Assembly: GCA_011321815.1 (NCBI GenBank)
Contig: DROS01000062.1
Coordinates: 27,420-91,419, forward strand
Direction: 5' to 3'
Length of the DNA stretch: 64,000 bases
DNA from: Gammaproteobacteria bacterium
GTDB taxonomy: Bacteria; Pseudomonadota; Gammaproteobacteria; SZUA-152
Positions 9,316 through 23,408 of this stretch are shown here, in pieces (within the stretch, counting starts at the first letter, position 1; every line of letters begins with the position of its first letter). The notes below the pieces were generated by a model. The model was given only the letters and a program-made list of their open reading frames with translations, was not told the DNA's origin and did not search any database. The position numbers were made by a program, and so were the translations under genes.

Positions 9316-11205
9316 TCAAAAACTGTACTGCATATCAAACAACAATCTTTTATTATCTATTTCGGGTTGCCCGGTAATGCCAGTAAACTGATCAAGGACT
9401 TTGAAACCCAATTGTAAATTTCCACTGAATTTATAGCCATACGAAAACTGCAACCCGATACCCACATCAGCCAATTGTCCAGTGGGGTCTTTTTCGCCAG
9501 ACTCAAGTGCGTACTGTTTGCCATAGGCATAATCGAAAAAGACAAAAGGCTTGGCAAACGATTTCAAATTCACTGGACCTATTTGGACATCGAATATATC
9601 GGGACTGTTAAACACCCAGTCGGTGCCCAGATACAGCGCATCATCCGCAGTAAACAAACTGGGCGAAAACCCCCGCACCCGCGTTGGCCCGGCCAAAGAA
9701 AACCGTGCGATTGCAGACAGGTTGGTCCCGGAATACTGGAGATTCGAGCGAAAAATAAGCCGCGAAGTGCTTTCCGTAAACGGAACCTGCAAAAAAGTTA
9801 ACAACGTGTAATCGACGGAAAAAATATTGTAGTTTTCATCCTGGTTATTTTTCTTCTGACCCTTTCTATCCGCGAGTTTACCCCGTGTATATTTAATGCT
9901 TCCTTCATGCAGGCGCTTGTTGACGCCATCCAGGTAGTCGAGATTATACTTAATGGAAAAGTGCCTTAATTCATTGGCATCACTAGAAGATTTACCAATC
10001 TGCACATCAGATTGTATTGTTTCAGAGCGCAGTTCATAACTGCTGTTTTCTGTCCGCCCACGTTTTTGTATGTATTTTCCATAGATACTCAGAACATCCA
10101 CTTGGCCACTCAGATCAAAATTTGAAGGGATGGTTTGATCCACGACAAATTGATTTTGCGATGATTCAATACCGGCCCGGAAACGCGGACTAAAAAAATT
10201 ACTCTCAAATGCCAGCTGCCAATATGTGGTATTGCTGGGTGATGTTGCCTGCAATACACCGATTTTCGTATAGTCGGCAATACCTAATAAATTATTCGCC
10301 TGAAAATCTGCATAAAACCGGTATAAACCGGATTCATCGGTGCCATGGTTATCTGCTCTGAGATTGGCATTGTAACGGGATTCATTTTTAACATTAATGT
10401 TCAGCCGGGTATCGCCGACCTGATAGCCCGGTTCAAAATAACCATCCACATTAATTCCCGGAAAGCTGTTGATGATAAACAGGTTTTCCTCGACCGTTTT
10501 ATTGGTGACTGGCTTTGTTAAAAGGTCTGCAAAAACCGAGCGCAATAGCTCCGCATCGTACATATCGTTATTTTTTATCGAAACTTCCCCCAATATTCCC
10601 AGCAACAATGTCAGACTGACCACGCCATCCCGCACACGTTGTTTGGGAATAAAGGCCTTGGCAAGAATAAAACCACGCTCCCGGTAAAAATTGGTGATTT
10701 CGCTTGCGACGGCTTCGATTTGCCCCAGCGTAACACCCCGTTTGCCGCGTTGCTCCCTGATCAGCCAGACCAGTTTTTGGACTTCAAGTGGAGAAACATG
10801 CCGCTCCAGCGTTTCCTCCTCAATCTCAACGAGAAGATTCGATATTTCACCCAGCTCATCAATGGTATAACCGGATTCAAGCAGTTTGTCCTCTTTCATA
10901 ATGGCAAAGCGAATATTTTCAACCAATTGGGTTAATGCCTCACGGGTGATACCCAACTCCGGAAACTCAACCAAGCCTTGAATTCTGAACTCCGAGACGG
11001 CAAGCCTTGGCCCGGCAGAAGGGTCCGGCGAGCGTTCACGCACGGTGGGCACATCCAGATCCCGCAGCAGCGTTTTTTCTTCCACGTCTCCAAATTGCTC
11101 AACCTCTGGCATTTCCAAAAAGCCTGCTGCTGCAATCGAACTGTAAACGCTGATAATAATAAATATTAACGCATTGATTTTTTTAACTATTACACTAACC
11201 ATCAT
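9316..11205 (-). CDS. TpsB-type outer-membrane transporter (ShlB/FhaC/HecB family, two-partner-secretion or CdiB-like)
   Basis: Signal peptide. POTRA-like segment ITNFYRERGFILAKAFIPKQRVRDGVVSLTLLLGILGEVSIKNN. Long beta-barrel region with alternating hydrophobic pattern ending in terminal F. No TpsA partner is detectable adjacent. Confidence 0.7.
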   Translation of the reverse strand: MMVSVIVKKINALIFIIISVYSSIAAAGFLEMPEVEQFGDVEEKTLLRDLDVPTVRERSPDPSAGPRLAVSEFRIQGLVEFPELGITREALTQLVENIRFAIMKEDKLLESGYTIDELGEISNLLVEIEEETLERHVSPLEVQKLVWLIREQRGKRGVTLGQIEAVASEITNFYRERGFILAKAFIPKQRVRDGVVSLTLLLGILGEVSIKNNDMYDAELLRSVFADLLTKPVTNKTVEENLFIINSFPGINVDGYFEPGYQVGDTRLNINVKNESRYNANLRADNHGTDESGLYRFYADFQANNLLGIADYTKIGVLQATSPSNTTYWQLAFESNFFSPRFRAGIESSQNQFVVDQTIPSNFDLSGQVDVLSIYGKYIQKRGRTENSSYELRSETIQSDVQIGKSSSDANELRHFSIKYNLDYLDGVNKRLHEGSIKYTRGKLADRKGQKKNNQDENYNIFSVDYTLLTFLQVPFTESTSRLIFRSNLQYSGTNLSAIARFSLAGPTRVRGFSPSLFTADDALYLGTDWVFNSPDIFDVQIGPVNLKSFAKPFVFFDYAYGKQYALESGEKDPTGQLADVGIGLQFSYGYKFSGNLQLGFKVLDQFTGITGQPEIDNKRLLFDMQYSF

Positions 11206-12107
11206 TGTCCATTTTTGATCTAAATTGCACTGCCGGTAATAAGGGCGTATTAAGCGCAGTTATATTTTTAATGTCAGATTTTTTACAAACGGAGAGGGCG
11301 AACTTATGTATTGCGATGCAGCCAAAACATACATGCCAAATATTATTTTAATAATTTACCATTCCCAGCATGCATGCCAGCGATTTTTGGTGTAGCAGTC
11401 CCTGAATTTTCCGCTACAGGAAATCACCCGACAATTACCTTACGGCCTGCCCGTCTTCTTTATCACCCTTGTTGCTATAATGCTGGCCGCCCAGTAGCAG
11501 TAGAGGTAGCGCCATTATAATTGTAGTTTCTGGCTTCAGCAAAAATGGCCTGACCAAATTCACTCAGACTTTCAAATTAATGCGGTGCCAGCGCGATAGT
11601 CCGGTAAACCCCAGGATAACCAGTAGTCGCAAGTTTCTACAGATGATGACATTATCTGGTCTGCCTGCGCATCACCGGCAGAAATAATACCATTTGATTC
11701 AATCAGGGTTACACAACTTGTGTCACTCAACGAATCATCTATTTTTATAAAAAACCAAATTATGGCCTCAACATAGGCATTTTGTTGGTATTCATTATCA
11801 TGTTATTCAAGTGGAAAAGTCCTAATGGTCAGCGAATTCTCACCATTAACAATCGATTCAGAAACTGGTTTTTGTGGTGACGTTCGCCCTCTTGTATCAG
11901 ATATTAAATTCCAGAGAGAACATGGGTTGTTTATAACCGACATCCGCAAGCGAAGCATTTATAAATAACATTCCAGTTAGTAAAATAAAAAATACACTTT
12001 TTTTATTTTAGTGTTTCACTCTGTAGTGTTTTGCAGATTATTGCTTCTCATCATTTTCATTCGGCTTAAGCCAGCTCCAACGCTTTTCTTTTTTTGCCTT
12101 GATTTCC

Positions 12108-12401
12108 TCATAACTTGGTCAAAGTAACATCAGCCCCCTTAAACTCTACTGTATTCGGGAAATAGATACCTTTATCGTCATTGCCAAATTCATATACGGG
12201 TAACGGAGCCAGGGAAATCACGGAGCCCGGAATATCAACCTGAATATCGATATCCAACAGTGGTTTCGCGGTTAGTTTTATGCGGCAGTCATGTTCAACG
12301 TAGTTAGTGGTGGTAACGGCGTCGAAAACGATCCTGAATGATATTGGCGTGCATGCACGTATCTTTTTACCGATGCCCGCAATATTAACCAATAATTGCA
12401 T
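12108..12401 (-). CDS. hypothetical small protein (97 aa)
   Basis: ORF only. No recognisable motif. Lies between the ORF-free AT-rich region and tRNA-Pro. Confidence 0.25.
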   Translation of the reverse strand: MQLLVNIAGIGKKIRACTPISFRIVFDAVTTTNYVEHDCRIKLTAKPLLDIDIQVDIPGSVISLAPLPVYEFGNDDKGIYFPNTVEFKGADVTLTKL

Positions 12402-12505
12402 TAATCGCTAACATGGATTGTGGACACTTGCGACAGCATACGCGCATCAGTCAGGCTAGGGACAACACCCTGCCGGGGGTATCCGGAGGATGAAAACGAA
12501 GGGAA

Positions 12506-12584
<79 letters not shown>

Positions 12585-12691
12585 TTTTTCTGCCAGAAAC
12601 CTCAAAAAACAATTTGAGCCCCCTGCAACAGAGCGGCGTATTCTACTCCAGGTGTGCACTGATAGGAAGGGCGCGGGGTGCTTTAGCATTA

Positions 12692-13048
12692 TCAGCGCTT
12701 AAGAATTTCCAATACATCTTCCAGCTCACTGATCATCTGATTGATAATCTGGCGGCTGTGATTCACATCCTCTTTTGCCTCACCACCCGCCAGCTTTTGC
12801 CGCGCACCACCAATGGTGAAGCCGTGCTCATACAACAGGCTGCGGATCTGGCGAATCATGATGACATCATGCCGTTGATAGTAGCGGCGGTTGCCGCGAC
12901 GTTTCACTGGCTTTAACTGCGGAAATTCCTGTTCCCAGTAACGCAACACATGCGGCTTTACACCGCACAATTCACTCACCTCACCAATGGTGAAGTAGCG
13001 CTTGCCGGGTATGGGAGGAAGTTCGTTATTGTTGGCTGCTTCCAGCAT
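12692..13048 (-). CDS. MerR-family transcriptional regulator (conserved partner downstream of ihfA)
   Basis: Mer[29 protein letters not shown]...RRGNRRYY. Overlaps the ihfA 3' end, as in the pheST-ihfA operons of other gammaproteobacteria. Confidence 0.7.
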   Translation of the reverse strand: MLEAANNNELPPIPGKRYFTIGEVSELCGVKPHVLRYWEQEFPQLKPVKRRGNRRYYQRHDVIMIRQIRSLLYEHGFTIGGARQKLAGGEAKEDVNHSRQIINQMISELEDVLEILKR

Positions 13049-13328
13049 AGGCCTCAACTCGTGCTTTCAGTTTTTGGCCGGGGCGAAAAGTTACCACACG
13101 ACGGGCTGAAATAGGGATTTCCTCACCGGTTTTTGGGTTTCGGCCGGGACGCTCGTTTTTGCTGCGTAAATCAAAATTTCCGAAACCTGATAACTTCACC
13201 TGACTGCCACTTTCAAGCGCATCTCGAATCTCTGCGAAAAAAAGCTCAACAATTTCCTTTGCTTCGCGCTTGTTCAGGCCCAGCTCCTCATACAACTTGT
13301 CTGCCATTTCAGCTTTGGTTAACGCCAT
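13026..13328 (-). CDS. ihfA: integration host factor subunit alpha
   Basis: [18 protein letters not shown]...[41 protein letters not shown] is near-identical in pattern to IhfA. Confidence 0.92.
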   Translation of the reverse strand: MALTKAEMADKLYEELGLNKREAKEIVELFFAEIRDALESGSQVKLSGFGNFDLRSKNERPGRNPKTGEEIPISARRVVTFRPGQKLKARVEAYAGSSQQ

Positions 13329-13389
13329 GCTTTTTCTCACCTATGTCGAAGCTATCGGTTGAAATTTTAGTGGTCCACTTTGTCGTCAT

Positions 13390-15771
13390 TTATTGTCGTA
13401 GCGTTGCGCCCAGTTGGTCTGTCAATGCCGCGAGTATGGGGGTCATAGCCTCTTCGACATCGGCTTCCTCCAGTGTGCGTGAGCGTTCCTGGAAGGTCAA
13501 GCCAAATGCGACACTTTTTCTACCGGAATCAATACCTTTGCCCTGATACACGTCAAATAACTGGAAGTTGTCCAGTAAGTCTGTAGCGGCATTTTTCACC
13601 ACATCTTTAAGTTGCTTCAGGGGTATTTTTTCATCAATAATCACGGCCACATCACGCCGGATGGAGGGAAATTTCGACAAAGCTGAAAACTGTGGAATTA
13701 CAGCATTTTCGAAACATTTCAATGCAATTTCAAACAGAAACACTTTCTGCGACAAACCGAGCCGGGCCTCCAGCGCAGGATGCAATGCACCAATGCTGCC
13801 GATTTTTTCACCCTTTTTGCGGTAGATTGCCGCCGACTGACCGGGATGCAATGCGGGATTTTGCTCATTCACAAAAGTAAAACTCTCAGCTTCTGCGACG
13901 GTAGCCAGTAAATTTTCCACATCGCCCTTGAGGTCAAAGAAATCCAGCAGACGCGGCTTCTGCGCCCATTGCTCCGGAACAAAATTCCCGGTGACAACGC
14001 CAGACAGATAACTTTCCTGTTTTATTTCATCACCTTGTGGAATAAACTTCAGGCCTGACTCAAAGAATTTCACGTCTGTCTGTTGACGATTCAGGTTGTG
14101 CAATACGGCCTGCACCAGCCCAGGCCAGTGACTGGTACGCATCACTGACATATCCGTCGAGATCGGGTTTGTCAGCGCGATACCCGCTTGCCCGGGGTCA
14201 AACAGTTGCTGTAACTCCGGGTCGATAAAACTGTAGGTAATGGCCTCTTGGTAGCCACGCCCCACCAAAATTCCCTGCAAGCGCGACAGCGGCACACAGC
14301 CCTCCGGAATCGGCTGGATATGCGCTGCGGACTGCGGCAGTGTCGTTGGCAGATTGCCGTAACCATAAACCCGTGCCAGCTCTTCAATGAGGTCTTCTTC
14401 GATGCTGATGTCAAAACGAAAACTTGGTGCTGTCACCTGCCAATTTTCACCGTCCGGTTTTACGGTCATGCCCAACCGGGTCAGAATGTCGGTCACATCA
14501 TCCGCAGAAATCACCTGCCCTAAAACACGCGCAATACGCTTGGCCCGCAGCAAAATGGTATTGCGTGTCGGCATATGTGCATCGTGAACAACTTCAACCA
14601 CCGGGCCCACAGCGCCACCAACGGTTTTTAGTAACAACGCAGCCGCACGGGCCAGCGCACGTTGCTGCAATTCCGGGTCAACGCCCCGCTCAAAACGATG
14701 GGATGAATCAGTGTGCAGGCCATAGCTACGCGCCCGCCCCGCAATACTGTGTGGGTTAAAGAAAGCGCTTTCCAACACGATAGAAGTTGTTGCTTCACTC
14801 ACCGCAGAGTCCGCACCGCCCATAATGCCCGCCAGCGCCAACGGCACTGCTGCATCGGCGATCAGCAAGGTGCCAGGCACCAAATCAATTTTTTGTCCAT
14901 CCAGCAAACGCAGCGACTCACCCTGCCCGGCATGCCGCACCTGAATACCGCCGGTGATGCTGGCGAGATCAAAGGCGTGCATGGGCTGACCCAGCTCAAG
15001 CAGCACAAAATTGGTGATATCGACGACGGGCCCCAAACTGCGCAGGCCACTGCGTCGCAATGCTTCCTGAATCCACATGGGTGTCGTGGCGGCGGGATTA
15101 ATGCCTTCGATGACCTGACACAAATAACGTGGGCAATCCTCGGGGGCTGTGACCGTCACCGGAAGCTGTTTATCCGAGGTAATTTCTACTTCAGCACCTT
15201 CATCCACCGTCACCGTGGTTTTGCACAGTGTGGCAACTTCCCGTGCAATACCGGCAATGCCCAGACAATCACTACGATTGGGGGTAAGGCTTAATTCAAT
15301 GGAATTATCATCCAACCAGAAGTATTCACGAATATCCTTACCGATGGGCGCGTCTACTGGCAGGGCCATCAAACCCTCCACGCCCTCGCCCATGCCCAGT
15401 TCTTTTGATGAACACAGCATGCCAAAGGATTCCACACCGCGCAGTTTTGCTTTTTTGATTTTCATGCCGCCCGGCAGTGTTGCGCCCACTTTGGCCACGG
15501 GTACACGCATATCAACAGTCACATTGGGTGCGCCACAAACAATTTGCTGATATTCACTTTCGCCCACATCCACTTGGCACACTTGTAATTTGTTGGCATC
15601 AGGATGCGGTGCAATATTTTTTACCTGCCCCACAACGGTATTGTTAAATTCGCCGGCAACAGGTTCAATGCCCTCCACCTCCAAACCCGCCATGGTCATC
15701 ACCACAGAGAGTTCTTCGGTGCTCACTTTTGGGTCAACCCATTCACGTAACCAGTGTTCGCTGAATTTCAT
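13390..15771 (-). CDS. pheT: phenylalanine--tRNA ligase beta subunit
   Basis: 793 aa. N-terminal MKFSEHWLREW, tRNA-binding and B3/4 and B5 regions. Position after pheS. Confidence 0.95.
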   Translation of the reverse strand: MKFSEHWLREWVDPKVSTEELSVVMTMAGLEVEGIEPVAGEFNNTVVGQVKNIAPHPDANKLQVCQVDVGESEYQQIVCGAPNVTVDMRVPVAKVGATLPGGMKIKKAKLRGVESFGMLCSSKELGMGEGVEGLMALPVDAPIGKDIREYFWLDDNSIELSLTPNRSDCLGIAGIAREVATLCKTTVTVDEGAEVEITSDKQLPVTVTAPEDCPRYLCQVIEGINPAATTPMWIQEALRRSGLRSLGPVVDITNFVLLELGQPMHAFDLASITGGIQVRHAGQGESLRLLDGQKIDLVPGTLLIADAAVPLALAGIMGGADSAVSEATTSIVLESAFFNPHSIAGRARSYGLHTDSSHRFERGVDPELQQRALARAAALLLKTVGGAVGPVVEVVHDAHMPTRNTILLRAKRIARVLGQVISADDVTDILTRLGMTVKPDGENWQVTAPSFRFDISIEEDLIEELARVYGYGNLPTTLPQSAAHIQPIPEGCVPLSRLQGILVGRGYQEAITYSFIDPELQQLFDPGQAGIALTNPISTDMSVMRTSHWPGLVQAVLHNLNRQQTDVKFFESGLKFIPQGDEIKQESYLSGVVTGNFVPEQWAQKPRLLDFFDLKGDVENLLATVAEAESFTFVNEQNPALHPGQSAAIYRKKGEKIGSIGALHPALEARLGLSQKVFLFEIALKCFENAVIPQFSALSKFPSIRRDVAVIIDEKIPLKQLKDVVKNAATDLLDNFQLFDVYQGKGIDSGRKSVAFGLTFQERSRTLEEADVEEAMTPILAALTDQLGATLRQ

Positions 15772-15840
15772 TGTTTGTTTACTCTACTGTGAATTAAGCG
15801 CTAAAAACGCGCTGCTTTTAAAAAATCACCGGGTATTTAA

Positions 15841-15912
15841 CGCAGAGGTCGCAGAGACGCAAAGGGCGCAGAGAAAAACACGAAAAACTTTGCGTCCTCT
15901 GCGACCTCTGCG
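15841..15912. repeat. long imperfect palindrome / REP-like structured element in the pheS-pheT spacer
   Basis: Arms CGCAGAGGTCGCAGAGACGCAAAG and CTTTGCGTCCTCTGCGACCTCTGCG (24/25 bp complementary) flank a 23 nt A-rich loop. The heptamer CGCAGAG occurs three times. Confidence 0.6.
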
Positions 15913-16092
15913 TTTACAACACGTTACTTGTCAGCGCCACGACAACATAACGTCTCAATGTACTTCCAGGTAACCTGCCCGGTTCAGAGGTTTACACTCC
16001 TGGATTCCGGCTAAAAACATGCCGGAATAACGGTGCTTTCAACAAATAAAGTGCTAATAAAATGATTTAGCCTTTAATTTGCATTTTACCCT

Positions 16093-17154
<1,062 letters not shown>

Positions 17155-17173
17155 TCAATAAAAGCCGACCCAA

Positions 17174-17203
17174 TAAAAAAAGGGAAAGGTGTTGGCCTTT
17201 CCC
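17174..17203 (-). terminator. rho-independent terminator/attenuator-like hairpin between rplT and pheS
   Basis: Stem GGGAAAGG/CCTTTCCC with a 6 nt loop, followed on the minus strand by UUUUUUUAUU. This is the position where Enterobacteria carry the pheST attenuator. Confidence 0.6.
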
Positions 17204-17273
17204 TTTTGCTTTACTCTGCGGTCAAAACAAATGGTCACTCACTCAGGAACGCGCATGAGCGACAAACAAATAA

Positions 17274-17633
17274 TTAACCGGCGAGATTTGCCTTGGCTTT
17301 TTCAGCCAGCTCCGCAAAGGCCTTTTTGTCAAAAACCGCGATATCCGCCAGCATCTTGCGATCGACTTCAATCTCGGCGTTTTTCAGACCATTGATAAAT
17401 CGGCTGTATGACAAACCACATTCACGGGCTGCCGCGTTGATGCGGGCAATCCATAATGCGCGGAACTGACGTTTACGTTGACGACGGTCACGATAAGCAT
17501 ATTGACCGGCTTTGGTTACCGCCTGAACGGCAACCCGATAGACGTTTTTGCGACGACCGCTGTAACCTTTGGCCTTGGCAATGACTTTTTTGTGTTTGGC
17601 GCGCGCCTGTACGCCGCGTTTTACTCGTGCCAT
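17274..17633 (-). CDS. rplT: 50S ribosomal protein L20
   Basis: [17 protein letters not shown]... Confidence 0.95.
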   Translation of the reverse strand: MARVKRGVQARAKHKKVIAKAKGYSGRRKNVYRVAVQAVTKAGQYAYRDRRQRKRQFRALWIARINAAARECGLSYSRFINGLKNAEIEVDRKMLADIAVFDKKAFAELAEKAKANLAG

Positions 17634-17680
17634 TTCTCTTCTCTCCTAATAACTTAACAAAAAGCAGATACGTGATCGGC

Positions 17681-17878
17681 TTAAACGTACGGCAACATAC
17701 GGTTCAACATGCTGACATCTGCATCATGAACCATTTCGCCAGAACGCAAATGACGTTTCCGCTTCGTGCTTTTCTTGGTGAGAATATGACGACGGTGTGA
17801 CTGGGCGCGTTTAAAGCCCCCGGATGCTGTGCGTTTAAAACGCTTGGCAGCACCACGATTGGTTTTCATCTTTGGCAT
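17681..17878 (-). CDS. rpmI: 50S ribosomal protein L35
   Basis: [24 protein letters not shown]... Confidence 0.95.
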   Translation of the reverse strand: MPKMKTNRGAAKRFKRTASGGFKRAQSHRRHILTKKSTKRKRHLRSGEMVHDADVSMLNRMLPYV

Positions 17879-18073
17879 AACAACTCCGCATTTTGCTTAC
17901 ATTATGTTAAAAAAACAGCGCATTTTCGACTGGAAGTCTGGGTGTGCCACACCTGACCGACAGTAGCGCCCTCGTGCCAGCGCGTTTTTAATTCGGGAAT
18001 AACCGGCCAACACTTTATCACTCCGGTTTTCGCCGGAATGACATCAGTCAGATATTCCTTAAAGTAAAAAGGC

Positions 18074-18598
18074 CTAGCTTTTTTTCGGCGAGATCACCAT
18101 GACCATCAAACGACCTTCCATTTTGGAACGTTGCTCAACACTGCCATGGCCTTCTGATTCCACATCATGCGCCACCCGGTCCAATAATTTTGCGCCGAGT
18201 TCCTGATGGGCCATTTCCCGCCCACGGAAACGCAGAGTCACTTTCACCCTGTCTCCGTTGTTAAGGAACTTGATAAGGTTGCGTAGTTTTACCTTATAGT
18301 CCCCGATGTCCGTTCCCGGACGAAACTTCACTTCCTTGACTTGCGTCTGTTTCTGCTTTTTCTTTGCCGCGTGCTTCTTCTTGTTTTCTTCAAACAGGAA
18401 TTTGCCGTAATCCATTACACGGCAAACCGGAGGCGCAGCATTCGGCACAATTTCCACCAGATCCAGATCGGCATCCAGTGCCGCCTGCTGCGCAGCATCA
18501 ATCGGTACCACCCCAACCTGTTCACCTTCTGCTCCAATTAAACGCACTTCCGGTGCAGTGATGTCTTCGTTCAGGCGAACCTTTTTTTCTTGAGCGAT
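18074..18598 (-). CDS. infC: translation initiation factor IF-3, with non-AUG (apparent AUC) start 4 nt after the thrS stop
   Basis: Reading frame continues upstream of the tracked ORF through [18 protein letters not shown](GTG)RLIGAEGEQ, matching E. coli [20 protein letters not shown]. Only Ile/Val codons are available as initiators before an in-frame stop. Confidence 0.85.
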   Translation of the reverse strand: MAQEKKVRLNEDITAPEVRLIGAEGEQVGVVPIDAAQQAALDADLDLVEIVPNAAPPVCRVMDYGKFLFEENKKKHAAKKKQKQTQVKEVKFRPGTDIGDYKVKLRNLIKFLNNGDRVKVTLRFRGREMAHQELGAKLLDRVAHDVESEGHGSVEQRSKMEGRLMVMVISPKKS

Positions 18599-18601
18599 GC
18601 T

Positions 18602-20527
18602 TCAATCCTCCAAAGTAGTGCGGCCGCGACTCGCGACATCTGTGGCAAGACCTTCCATAAACGGCGAAAGCGCCATGCTTCCAAGGTCTTTGCCACTGCG
18701 CGTGCGTACGGCCACTGTATTATTTTCCACCTCCTTATCGCCCACAACGAGCAGGTAAGGAATGCGTTGTAAAGTGTGCTCGCGGATTTTAAAGCCGATC
18801 TTCTCATTTCTCAAGTCCGATTTTGCGCGGAAGCCCTCGCCACACAACGTATTTTCCACTTTTTGCACATATTCGTTATTACGGTCGGTGATTGGCATCA
18901 CCATTATTTGGGTTGGAGCCAGCCAGGCAGGAAAGGCTCCAGCGAATTCTTCGATCAAAATTCCGATGAAGCGCTCCAGCGAACCCAGGATGGCGCGATG
19001 CAGCATTACCGGTACCTGTTTGGAACCATCTTCGGCAATATAGTGGGCATCGAGGCGACCCGGCATGGAAAAATCCACCTGAATCGTGCCGCATTGCCAG
19101 ACCCGACCGATGCAGTCTTTCAGCGAAAATTCAATTTTCGGGCCATAAAAAGCACCCTCGCCCGGCTGCAAATCCCACTCCAACCCTTTGTTGTTCAACG
19201 CCTTTTCGAGTGAATGCTCGGCCTTGTCCCAATCCGCATCCGACCCCACCCGTTTTTCCGGCCGGGTCGATAGTTTGATGATGACCTCTTCAAAACCAAA
19301 ATCCCGGTACACCCGGTACAGCAGGTCAATAAATTCGGATACTTCGCTCTGAATCTGATCTTCTGTACAAAAAATATGCGCGTCATCCTGGGTAAAACTG
19401 CGCACCCGCATCAATCCATGCAATGTGCCAGAGGGCTCGTTTCGGTGGCAGGAACCAAACTCTGCCATGCGTAACGGCAGGTCACGGTAACTTTTTAAGC
19501 CTTGATTAAATATTTGCACATGGCAGGGGCAGTTCATGGGTTTGATGGCATACGTGCGCTTTTCCGACTCGGTGACAAACATATCGTCGCGGAATTTTTC
19601 CCAGTGACCGGACTTTTCCCACAATACCCGGTCCACCACCTGCGGGGTCTTCACTTCGCCATAACCGTTTTCTGTCAACACGCCACGAATGTATTGCTCC
19701 ACCTGTTGATACAGTGTCCAGCCATTGGCATGCCAGAACACCATGCCCGGCGCTTCTTCCTGGCTATGGAACAAATCCAGCTGGCGGGCCAGGCGACGGT
19801 GATCACGCTTTTCCGCCTCCTCTAAACGATGCAAATAGGCCTTAAGATCCTTTTTATTGCACCAGGCGGTACCGTAAATACGTTGCAGCATTTCATTATT
19901 GGAATCACCACGCCAGTAGGCGCCGGCCAGTTTCATCAGTTTGAAGGATTTGAGTTTGCCGGTGGACGGCACATGCGGACCACGACAAAGGTCGATGAAA
20001 TCACCCTGCCGATACAATGAAAGTTCTTCACCGCGCGGAATGGCTTCGATCAATTCGGCTTTGTATTTTTCACCTTTCTCCAGAAAAAAGGGAATGGCCT
20101 CTTCCCGAGACATCACACTGCGCTCAATCGGCAGATCCTGTTTGACGATCTCTTTCATACGTTTTTCGATAGCAACGAGATCATCAGGACCGAAACCCGG
20201 TTCATAAGCAAAGTCGTAATAAAAACCGTTTTCAATCACCGGGCCGATGGTGACCTGCGCCTCGGGATAAAGTTGCTGCACGGCCTGTGCTAACAAATGT
20301 GCGCTGGTGTGGCGGATGATTTCCAGTCCTTCCTCGTCACGTTCGGTAATAATTGCCAGGGTGCTGTCATCATTAATAATGTACGACGCATCCACCAGCA
20401 CATCATTGACACGCCCGGCCAGGGTGGCCTTGGCCAAACCGGGGCCGATGTCGGCAGCGACATCCAGAACCGAAACGGGGTGATCAAAAGTACGTTGGGA
20501 ACCATCAGGCAGGGTTACGAAAGGCAT
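18602..20527 (-). CDS. thrS: threonine--tRNA ligase
   Basis: 641 aa. TGS/second-additional/class II core motifs (…[21 protein letters not shown]…). Operon position. Confidence 0.95.
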   Translation of the reverse strand: MPFVTLPDGSQRTFDHPVSVLDVAADIGPGLAKATLAGRVNDVLVDASYIINDDSTLAIITERDEEGLEIIRHTSAHLLAQAVQQLYPEAQVTIGPVIENGFYYDFAYEPGFGPDDLVAIEKRMKEIVKQDLPIERSVMSREEAIPFFLEKGEKYKAELIEAIPRGEELSLYRQGDFIDLCRGPHVPSTGKLKSFKLMKLAGAYWRGDSNNEMLQRIYGTAWCNKKDLKAYLHRLEEAEKRDHRRLARQLDLFHSQEEAPGMVFWHANGWTLYQQVEQYIRGVLTENGYGEVKTPQVVDRVLWEKSGHWEKFRDDMFVTESEKRTYAIKPMNCPCHVQIFNQGLKSYRDLPLRMAEFGSCHRNEPSGTLHGLMRVRSFTQDDAHIFCTEDQIQSEVSEFIDLLYRVYRDFGFEEVIIKLSTRPEKRVGSDADWDKAEHSLEKALNNKGLEWDLQPGEGAFYGPKIEFSLKDCIGRVWQCGTIQVDFSMPGRLDAHYIAEDGSKQVPVMLHRAILGSLERFIGILIEEFAGAFPAWLAPTQIMVMPITDRNNEYVQKVENTLCGEGFRAKSDLRNEKIGFKIREHTLQRIPYLLVVGDKEVENNTVAVRTRSGKDLGSMALSPFMEGLATDVASRGRTTLED

Positions 20528-20701
20528 ATTCTTTTTCTCCAGTGGTGATCCATACGAGAGATCACTTGTTGTGCGGTAAAACCGCTGTAATCATTTAATA
20601 GGGACTCAGACGAACGCGCCATGTCTATGGTTGCATAGCGCACGGCAAAGCGGGCGAACTTTACCCGCCTGACCACAAACTGTCAAAGGCAAAGACACCC
20701 G

Positions 20702-22393
<1,692 letters not shown>

Positions 22394-22487
22394 TTATCAT
22401 ACCCTAACACGTCGTGTTTTTTGGTGCATTGCTTCGAGATAAAACCCAAACACACTGGGCCACTGCATCCCCGCTTACTCTTTAGAG

Positions 22488-23408
22488 CTAAAGCCTGGGC
22501 GCCCCGACACTTTCAACCTGTGCGCTGATACTTTGCCTGATATAAGCGCGTGTTTTTTGTGTTGCACGCACCATTTCAGCTGGATTGCTCAGCGTCGCGG
22601 TGAGACTACCCACGCGACCATTGCCTCTGACACCCGTTCCAAGCTGAACATCGAGGGTGACGCCACATTCGGCCATTATCCTGTCCTGTCGTTGAGAGGC
22701 AATCAGGCGATCTATGGATACCCTGGACGCCTGAGTGCAACGCCGCGCCTGCACAGAAGATGCGGATGCTACCCTGTTGCCCGCTTTATCATGTAGCCAA
22801 AACGACATGTGCATCCTGTTTTTTCTATTTTCCATTGTAGGGGCGCCATATTTTTGCCGCAGTGCCTGCTGTGTTTTAACCAGGGCCGGACGCGCGCCTT
22901 CCATATATTTCGTCGTCCGCGTCAACCTGACGATAACCGCTTCACGCGGTGGCGGAGCAAATTCGATAACCACCTGCTCTCCTGCATTTGAAATAGCATG
23001 AATCTGATGGAGATATCTGGAATCAGGCACTCTGGGTAACTGACTATATTGCTCTTGCACCTGCATCGTCATGTCGTATGTTTGAAGAGCCGCCTTGGCT
23101 TCTTGCGCCGTCATGCCCAAGCGCAGCCCGATGACATCCATGTTATTGGTAAATCCAGCGCCGGGCTGCATGGAAAAATTGCCGGCATTGTTGATGGATT
23201 GCCTGGCTTGCTCAAGCGCCATTGCAGTCTGATCAACCTGACCATCAATCTGCTTGGCCAGATCGTTAATCTGATTGGCCTCCTCGTTGGCCTCATTGAT
23301 TTTTGCTGTAAGCTGCTCCGTGAGACCGCCCAAATAATTGCCCGCACTGGCCAACAAAGGCAAGCCCGTCATACACAGCATTATTGCGATAGTTGGTTTG
23401 TTTCTCAT
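22488..23408 (-). CDS. hypothetical secreted protein with N-terminal coiled-coil region
   Basis: Signal peptide MRNKPTIAIMLCMTGLPLLASA. Heptad-like region INDLAKQIDGQVDQ. Confidence 0.45.
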   Translation of the reverse strand: MRNKPTIAIMLCMTGLPLLASAGNYLGGLTEQLTAKINEANEEANQINDLAKQIDGQVDQTAMALEQARQSINNAGNFSMQPGAGFTNNMDVIGLRLGMTAQEAKAALQTYDMTMQVQEQYSQLPRVPDSRYLHQIHAISNAGEQVVIEFAPPPREAVIVRLTRTTKYMEGARPALVKTQQALRQKYGAPTMENRKNRMHMSFWLHDKAGNRVASASSVQARRCTQASRVSIDRLIASQRQDRIMAECGVTLDVQLGTGVRGNGRVGSLTATLSNPAEMVRATQKTRAYIRQSISAQVESVGAPRL

